Below, piece by piece: positions 56,318 to 64,000 of a DNA stretch of 64,000 nucleotides. This stretch comes from Eledone cirrhosa (Eukaryota), in assembly GCA_964016885.1 (NCBI GenBank), contig OZ024740.1:347076001-347140000 (forward strand). Reading direction: 5' to 3'. Each line of letters opens with the position of its first letter. Position 1 is the stretch's first letter. The notes beneath the pieces were generated by a model. The model ran no database searches, had not been told where the DNA came from, and saw nothing but the letters and a program-made list of their open reading frames with translations. Position numbers and translations under genes: made by a program.

Positions 56318-58295
56318 TTACTTACCTTCCGGGCTCTTGTGAACGTCGGGTTGTTCGACCTCCATAGTTAGTGGTGTTTCTTTTGGGAACCCCTTTAAAA
56401 GTCTTGAAGTGGGTTTTACGTTCGGGGTTCCCACGTCCCGAGGAAAGCTGTCTCGTATTTCTTGGAATATGTCGAGCGACATTCGCACCAGAACCAAATC
56501 TTCCGGCACGCGAAATGTGCTCGATTTAAAAATGTCCTCCTCTTTTTGTATATTTTCACTTCGTGCTACGAGGGCCATCAGTTCCTTGTTGGACCTCCTG
56601 ACGAGCACGAAGTTTTGTATGTTTTGTTGGTGTGATTTTATTTGTTTGCGTGGCTGTGGTGGTGATGGTTTTGGTGGTGTTGTTTCGGTTGTATCTGTGT
56701 TTGTTGTGAGTGCGGTGTCTGTGGTTTCAGATGTTTGTGTGTACATTTGTTCTTGCGTCTGTTTCGGTTGTTTGCGTTCGGGGGATTCTGGAGATGGTGA
56801 TGGTGGTGTTGATGTTGGTGTTATTGGAGAGATGTTTGCGTGGGTGGTGTCTGCGTTTTTTATTGTGGGTGCTTTTGTGCTTTGTTGAGTTTTTTTTTTC
56901 TTTATGTGTTTCCTTTTTTGTATTTTGGGGGTTTGGGGATTTCCCTCATTTTCACTACTGGTAGATGAGGGGTCTGTGTCTGTAAGCGTGTCTGTATGTA
57001 TGTTTATGGTTTTATTGGTGTGTGTATTTTGGGGGGGAGGGGGAATTTGACAGCTTTCCTCGTTTCCCCCCTGGGTGGTCAATGTTGGTGGTGGTCTTTC
57101 TATTGGTGTTGTTGGTGGTTTTGCCGGTGCTGGTGTTGGTTGTGGTCCTCGCCCCGGCGTAGGCAGCAGTAGCGCCTTTCGCCCCCTTGCCTCTTTCAGC
57201 AGTTGAGGGCAGAAGGCTCGCAAATGGGTTTTTTCCCCACAAACAAAACACTGCGGCCTTTTGCCGTCGGTCATAATGTGAATAACCATCCCATTCTGAA
57301 GGCGGATGTGGTCCGGGATTGTCTTCACATTCTCGGGCCTGATCTGGAGATGGATCTCCATGTCAACCCCGGACCAGTCCTCTCTGGGCGTTCCGGTCAC
57401 TTCTATAGGGACTGTATCCGTCCCCTCAACAATCAAACATCCCAGAAGCCACCACATGTCAAGTCCTGGTGGGATTCTGGGAATGCGGAGACGGGCCTTT
57501 CTTTTTCCCATGTGGGAGGGGTACATTATGACCTTGCTGGTTTTGCAAGGAGTCATAGCGTGTTTCATAGCGAGGGCTTCTGACTTGAACAACACCGAAA
57601 TGGTGCCGTATTGTCTGCCTCTCTCTATGTACTGGGTGTCTTCTCTGATGCACCTCAGCGCGACTTCGACATCTTCTTGTGGGATTAAAGCTGCCCTTTT
57701 GGTTTGTGCTGAGATGCATCTATAATGCACCGTTTTGCGCTCCACTGCCTCAATAGCTTCTACCGGGACAGTTAAGTTGGCCCAAATTTGCTCTTGCTTT
57801 GATGAGCTTCCATGCCTGGGCCAACTTTTCATCTTTGTTTGAGAGGTCCATGTTGAAGCATGGCCTCTTTTTTGCTGCTGCCGCAGCGAAAGTGTTCTTC
57901 ATGTTTTCGTTGGGGGTTTTGTTGTCGTTGTTCTTGTTGGTGTTGTTTTAGCACTGTCACCGTTATCATTGTTGTCTTTGTTGCCACCGTTATTCTCGGT
58001 GCAGTTGGTATTGTTGCTGTTGGTGTTGTCGCTATTTGTTTTCATGTTAGTGGTGTTGATATTGTTGTTGTATTTGTTATTTTTTTTTTTTGTTATCTGT
58101 ATTTTCGTTGTCGCTGTTACTCTCATTTTTTTCAAAATTAGTGTTCTTATTGGTATCATCGGTGTCTTTGTTTACCTTGTTTGTGGTGGTGTTTGTGTTA
58201 TCAATGTGTGTTAATTTCGCTGTAGCGCTCCTCTCAACTTCTACGTCGTTGTCGCACGACAGCTGACATATCGCTGGGGGGCGTGGCTCAGCCAT
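56318..58295 (-). pseudogene. ORF1 of Tx1-like element 2 (CCHC zinc knuckle, Pro/Thr-rich)
   Basis: 504-aa open segment with CFVCGEKTHLRAFC; likely ATG 58295 with a frameshift in an A-run. Confidence 0.85.
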
Positions 58296-58721
58296 GTTTT
58301 TTTTTTCTTCGTAAATTTTTTAACATGTAAAAAAAAGTTCAAATATTTGGGCCAAATAGTTAACTTTCCCCTTTACGGGGCAAAGTCTAAGGGCTTATAT
58401 CCCTTACACAACAAGAAATATTTAACAACAAATAATTTTAACAGGCAAATAAAGCGACTTACTGTGAGCGAGCAAAATACGTCCGCTTAGCCCAATAATA
58501 ATAATAATAATAATAATCTGTCAATATAAATACATCACATGTCTAAACACCTAAAGATGCATGTGTGTGTATGCATGTTATTTCTTGAACATGGCGGACC
58601 TTGTCGTCTCTTGAGATCACTGGTTGTGACTTGGTGATAACTCGTATGACCATAAAGCAAGATAAATGCAACTGTAATAATAATAATAATAATAATAATA
58701 ATGATGATGATAATAATAATG

Positions 58722-59185
58722 ATTTCTTTATTAACCACAAGGTTTTACATAAAGTAGACATTAAGGACAGTGCAGGACAATACAGGACGGTACAAATGGG
58801 CATTTCTGCGTGTAAAGAACAAAAACAGAGGATGTAACAAAAAAATAACAATGAAAAATTCCCCAATAGGGGGGAGGCTTCCGAGGGACATTTGTGGAGA
58901 AAGCCCAGTAAAAGGCCATAGTGACCCTGACCACCAAGGCAAGTGCCCTCTCCCAGTTTTCCACCTTTAATTTACAGATACGTACTCAGAGTAGGCCCAT
59001 TCACTCGGGTCATTCTTGCTTCTCTCACCCATCTTTCAACAAAATGCTGGGAAGAGAGCACTTCCCTCTCTACCCTGATTTTCCTTTTCAAATGAAATTT
59101 GAAAAAGTTAATCAGGGCATCACCGAAGAGGTAAGTGCTCGTCTTCAGCCCTTTCAAACGTGTCCACCATACTATCTCTTTCGCC
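58722..59185 (-). mobile_element. 5'-truncated 3' fragment of the element-1 Tx1 subfamily with 18-bp TSD
   Basis: High similarity to 47995-48460; ATGATGATAATAATAATG at 58704-58721 and 59186-59203. Confidence 0.92.
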
Positions 59186-59599
59186 ATGATGATAATAATA
59201 ATGGGGCTGATAGTGATGACGATGATGATGACAGCAAACATAACAATAATAATTATAAAGTTTGCAATATTTATAACCAAACAGATAATACAGTTGTCTT
59301 TGGAACCGTGTTAGCTTTCTTACGGAAGGAGATACTCTCTTAATTCGTTCGCTAAGATAATTTATATGTGTATGTCTGTTCTTTTATGTGACTATTTCTG
59401 TCGGTATGGGTATTAGTAAATGTGTATGCCTATGCGTTAGATATAAAGTCAATACTGTGGCCAGTGCCTGTTACAAGTTTCTATTCTCGAATAAATGCTT
59501 TTATCTTAGTAAGATACATATGAAATAATGGTTGCTATTTATTAGATTGACTTTTTTGGGGGGCACTTTCCCCTGTTCCATTTCATATACAATCGTTCT

Positions 59600-60545
59600 C
59601 GTCTAAATCTACCTACATGTTGCTCATTCTTTTCGGTCATTGAAAATATGACGATCATGACATATACGGTGTCAAAAACGAAGTTGCCAAAGTAGACAAC
59701 AGTGATAACGAAGAAACATTTCAACATAACTACAATCAACACAGTACTATCAACGAGGGAGTTTCTGAATGGTAATTTAACCGTCAAAGATATCAACTTC
59801 AAAACTTATACTATCATCTTTAAAAATGACATTTTGAATAATATATTCCAGAGTAGAAAATCCTTTATAAAATGACACGGCAATCTCATCCCTGCAACTA
59901 CACATGAAAGATAAGCGTTTCCTTACTCTGATAAGTGCCTATGTTTCTACTCTGACAAGTTACGAAGAATAAGGCACATTCTCTGTACCACTAAGAGATA
60001 TAATCATGAGATCCACAAAGTCAGTAAAGATATTTTACTAGAAAGCGTCAATTGCAACATTGAAAACTTTTGACACACTTGTAACTCACTTGGTTATTTA
60101 GGTTTGAGAAAGATGGATAGTAATTGCCTCATACTACTATATCTTGGTATATTTCCAGCATTCACTTTACGCACAAAGATAATAAAATTACAATGTGGAT
60201 ACATCCAAATTCTATGACGTAAGATTTGGATTACGTATGCTTTCGGGAGTATGATATATTTATATCAAGGCATATAATGATTTAAAGTGATCGCTATATC
60301 ATGTTTCGGGGGAGTAAATTTCTGAGTAGTAATTAGGATGTACGAAAGAGGAGAGCCAATTGGTATAGCTTAGAACTTCAATGTCCGAAATATATACAAT
60401 TCTACTGTGATGGAGGATATCCAAAATTGTTTATCCAAGATATGATAACTCTGTAAGAGATTCCCATTACGATGTCAAGTCATTAGATACTCTTGGAACA
60501 GTCATATGGATTGGTTGGACGAAAATTCTGATGATGTCTAGAGGC
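59600..60545 (+). pseudogene. Possible highly decayed piggyBac-like transposase remnant
   Basis: Fragments in piggyBac-like order: acidic N-region, RFGLRMLS..YIYQG, QFYCD, TLGTV, WLDEN; no TIRs seen. Confidence 0.3.
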
Positions 60546-60639
60546 TCCAGGTCAATCTATAATATTATACATCGGAGTGTCGTGTGTATTATGTATGTAT
60601 GTATCCTACACACCTGCCTATAGTTTCTTAGCTTTACTG

Positions 60640-60757
60640 TCTCCGTCGCTCTTCCCTCTCTCTATAATAGATCATTCCCCTCTCTATAATTTAACAGTGA
60701 AGAGCGACAGAGAGATCTGTCGCTCTTCACTGTCAAATATTATAAAGCTGAGCGTCG

Positions 60758-60791
<34 letters not shown>

Positions 60792-60940
60792 GCTCTCTCT
60801 CTCTCGCTCTGTCTCTCTCCCTCTTTTACTCTCTCCGTCGCTCTTCCATTTCTCTATAATAGATCATTCTTCTCTCTATAATTTAAATGCTTTACTCTCT
60901 CTGACGCTCTTCACTCTCAAATATTATAAAGCTGGGCGTC

Positions 60941-60996
<56 letters not shown>

Positions 60997-61250
60997 CTCT
61001 CTCTCTCGCTCTGTCTCTCTCCCTCTTTTACTCTCTCCGTCGCTCTTCCCTCTCTCTATAATAGATCATTCACCCTCTCTATAATTTAACTGCTTTACTC
61101 TCTCTGTCGCTCTTCACTCTCAAATATTAAAAAGCTGAGCGTCTTCTTACTCTCTCTCTCCCTCTTTCACTCTCTCTATAATTTAACTGCTTCACTCTCT
61201 GTCTCTCTTCACTCTCTATATGACAACACTCTTTTACTTTCCGTAGCGTC
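60640..61250. repeat. (TC)n-rich compound minisatellite with TATAAAGCTG blocks
   Basis: Repeated CTCTCTATAATAGATCATT and CAAATATTATAAAGCTG units; related block at 62286-62400. Confidence 0.75.
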
Positions 61251-61372
61251 GTATGTATGTTAATTTCGCCAATTGCCGTATAACATCAAAACAAAACACA
61301 GACACACACATGCAAATACACACATACACAAACACACATACACATGCACAAACTCACACACACACATGTATA

Positions 61373-62284
61373 TCATTATCTATAAAAGGCAGATTGTTGT
61401 TGTTGTTGTGTGTGTGTGTGTGTGCATGTTCCATGTTTATACATTTGCACAATTTCAAACCGATTCGACTCCATGTCTGTAAGAATGTTGCAAATGGTCT
61501 AACTTAAGTTAACCACTATTTATTTATTTCTAACTCACCTACAATTACGGAAATAATCGATAAAACTAAACACATAACGCTCTACCCCTCTAATTCAATG
61601 TGAAATCCTCTCTCTACTCCCCTTAAAATTCGATAAAACTACATATATGCTGCAACTTTCTCTTATATACGCTTAAACACACAAACATACAAACTTTCTT
61701 TAGGAACGCCGAAGAAAGAAGAGAGAAAGAAATGAAGGAGAGAGAGAGAGAACGTTTGTTTTTGAGTCGAAACAACAATTATTCAAAAGCAAGAGATAAA
61801 TTTATTCAACAACAAAAATAGCGAGAAATCTTTTTTAAAACATCTCTCAACGAATATGGAAGAAAGAAGCATCAGTTTATTTACTATACACAATAATATC
61901 CTCTATGAGGTCACTAAACCTGCTAGAAACAGCAGCTAACTCTCCCCCATATCACACCTCTCCCTACTCTCTTAAATTGAGAAAACACACATTAGACAAC
62001 CATGCAGAACAACTCCATTGCAGCTCTGTTGTTCGGCTGGCATCGTCTACGCGCGTGTTGCGCAAGTACTGTGAAACAATAAATTTCAACACTTCTTTGC
62101 ACAGAGATATATTCATAGGCGAAACTAAAATTGTCACTGCTGCCGCAGCTCCTGCTTCGGCAGTCCAGGTCTGCAATTCATTCACCCAGTGCCTGGCAGA
62201 CGAAAAAGTGCTGCCATAAAATGGGTGGTGCGACCTAACTTTGGTAGCTTACTGAACCCGAGCAACGCCGGGCTTTAATGCTAG
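61373..62284 (+). mobile_element. Non-autonomous Helitron
   Basis: 3' hairpin CCCGAGCAACGCCGGG (62257-62272) then CTAG|T at 62281-62284; putative 5' A|TC..TATAAAAGGCAG, 5' boundary uncertain. Confidence 0.65.
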
Positions 62285-62412
62285 TATACATATAAAGCTG
62301 ACGGTCGTATATATGTATGTATGTCTATATAATTTAACAGCTTTACTCTCTCTGTCGCTATTCACTCTCTAAATGACAACACTTTTAGTTTCCGTATCTC
62401 CCTTCAATATAT

Positions 62413-62494
<82 letters not shown>

Positions 62495-62533
62495 GATATT
62501 AATAAATGGAAACTATATTTATAAAACCATATT

Positions 62534-62598
62534 TATTTCATTATACATATTTCAGGGATACCAAATTAAATTATGGTATGCCTTCATCAGACAAAATA
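62534..62598 (-). ncRNA. Type I HHR, family Z-like
   Basis: Minus strand TATTTTGT-CTGATGA-AGGCATACCA..TGGTATCCCT-GAAA-TATGTA-TA-ATGAAATA; between (TA)n tracts. Confidence 0.85.
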
Positions 62599-62705
62599 GA
62601 ATATATAACAGTTTTACAAATAAGCTTTGACGTACTTGTCGAGTGCTTTATATCAGTTATAAAAATAGTTACTTGTTGTATCCCAACAATTTTAAATAGA
62701 ACTTT

Positions 62706-62787
<82 letters not shown>

Positions 62788-62956
62788 TATATAAATTAGT
62801 GAGAATCGTATTTCGGCTATTGGAAATTAGCGAAAAACAACTTCCGAGATGTATGGCAAGCGCTCAATAGATTCTAACGAACCAGAGCTACAACATACTT
62901 TAAAAGGCCAAACACACTGAGACGATGGTTAAACCCTTATCCGCACAGCCATAGAA

Positions 62957-63070
<114 letters not shown>

Positions 63071-63137
63071 AGGACAATGTAACACAGTAGGGTGTGTGGT
63101 ATCTTTGCAGTGGTGTGGTGGGGGCAGGTGTACCTAG

Positions 63138-63165
63138 CCAGGCCCCAGCTGGGCGGGTCAGCTAG
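63138..63165 (+). mobile_element. Helitron-type 3' terminus
   Basis: CCCAGCTGGG palindrome followed by CGGGTCAGCTAG|T. Confidence 0.5.
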
Positions 63166-63211
63166 TACATAATATACATAATATACAGATAGTAAGAAAT
63201 AAAATTGATTT

Positions 63212-63590
63212 TGGTGGGGCCCTGATCAATTTAGATCATTCAAATACTTGTGATAGAGTCAAACATCACTACTTGGAGGCTGTCCACGTGGCACTGCTTT
63301 CGGTGCCGTTATCAGTAGCTGTATCGCTTCAATCTACAGTGGAATCTGTTCGGCGGTCAGAGTATATGGCCGCCTGTCGGAACCGTTTCATATCACGTGA
63401 TCTTTCCATCAAGGATGCTCTCTTGCTCTCCTTCTCTTCGTACCGACACTGACGCTGAAGCTTTTGAAGGAAATCACATTGGAACTGGGGTGCGAAAGGG
63501 CAGCGTCGGTATATACGGACGTTGTCATCATAATAATGTCGACTACCTTGGAAATCTAGGTGGCAAGCAACTTCTAAAAGGAATACTAAA
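63212..63590 (+). pseudogene. Older Tx1-like RT fragment
   Basis: GGALINLDHSNTCDRVKHHYLEAV..YSGICSAVRVYGRLSEPF..QGCS..SVYTDV, homologous to the ORF2s of elements 1 and 2. Confidence 0.8.
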
Positions 63591-64000
63591 AGTTCACGGA
63601 AGCAAAGATTAACCCGTATAATTCGGTGGGTTTGCAGCTCGGCAATGGAAGATTTACTCCATGCCATTCAACCACATACTCGAGCGCTAGACAGGTGCAA
63701 TGCTTAAGTTGTTCATGGTCTGCTTGTGATAATTCTCTGAGTGAATAAGAAACGAGACGAGGTAACGAGCAGCATCGTTACTCTCACACAGAAATGGACC
63801 GAGAGGTGGTAATCCCTTAAAAGAGGAGCATAATTGGTGAACTCGTACATTGCCACTCATATATTACCATCTGACAGTCATGTTTTATCCCAGTGCACGA
63901 TTCACTAAGCATGTAGAATGGTCAGTTCTCCTTATCAAGCTGTCCATCAGCGAACAACACGCTTTTCGCGTAGGATTCAAGATGACGTGGTTGAAGATTC

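Larger units (their letters stand above)
53434..58492 (-). mobile_element. Tx1-like LINE 2, different subfamily, 5'-intact and 3'-missing
   Basis: 5' end abuts (ATT)n; ORF1 and ORF2 present; ORF2 ends at LYRHGSAV where element 1 begins. Confidence 0.9.

Noticed and set aside
48194-57725. Plus-strand ORFs overlapping the Tx1-like elements
   Set aside because: Antisense shadows of GC-richer LINE coding sequence with no motifs of their own

Overview
AT-rich, repeat-dominated eukaryotic genomic DNA. The SINE family and the very long (TA)n/(CA)n tracts suggest a cephalopod such as Octopus (inference). I found no host gene I can support; most ORF-track entries are microsatellite artefacts. Contents: (i) four Penelope-like elements (PLEs), one Neptune-type at ~9.85-15.34 kb and three Naiad-type at ~21.4-24.6, 24.7-26.4 and 28.1-31.1 kb; (ii) about 20 intact or decayed type I hammerhead ribozyme (HHR) motifs from several unrelated pLTR families, many in fold-back insertions next to (TA)n; (iii) a DD37D (maT) Tc1/mariner element; (iv) two Tx1-like LINEs joined head-to-tail plus fragments, next to (ATT)n; (v) RTE fragments, MetaSINE-like SINEs, Helitron ends and a MITE-like inverted repeat. 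The most notable signal is in the Neptune-type PLE. It has an extra ~400-codon upstream ORF joined to an ATG-less RT/GIY-YIG frame by an in-frame U UUU UUA slippery site with a stem-loop 7 nt downstream, a candidate programmed -1 frameshift. Its pLTR HHR has a U3-A8 compensatory core and overlaps a candidate intron donor, and that intron contains the polyA signal. All alignments and folds were done by eye; boundaries are approximate.
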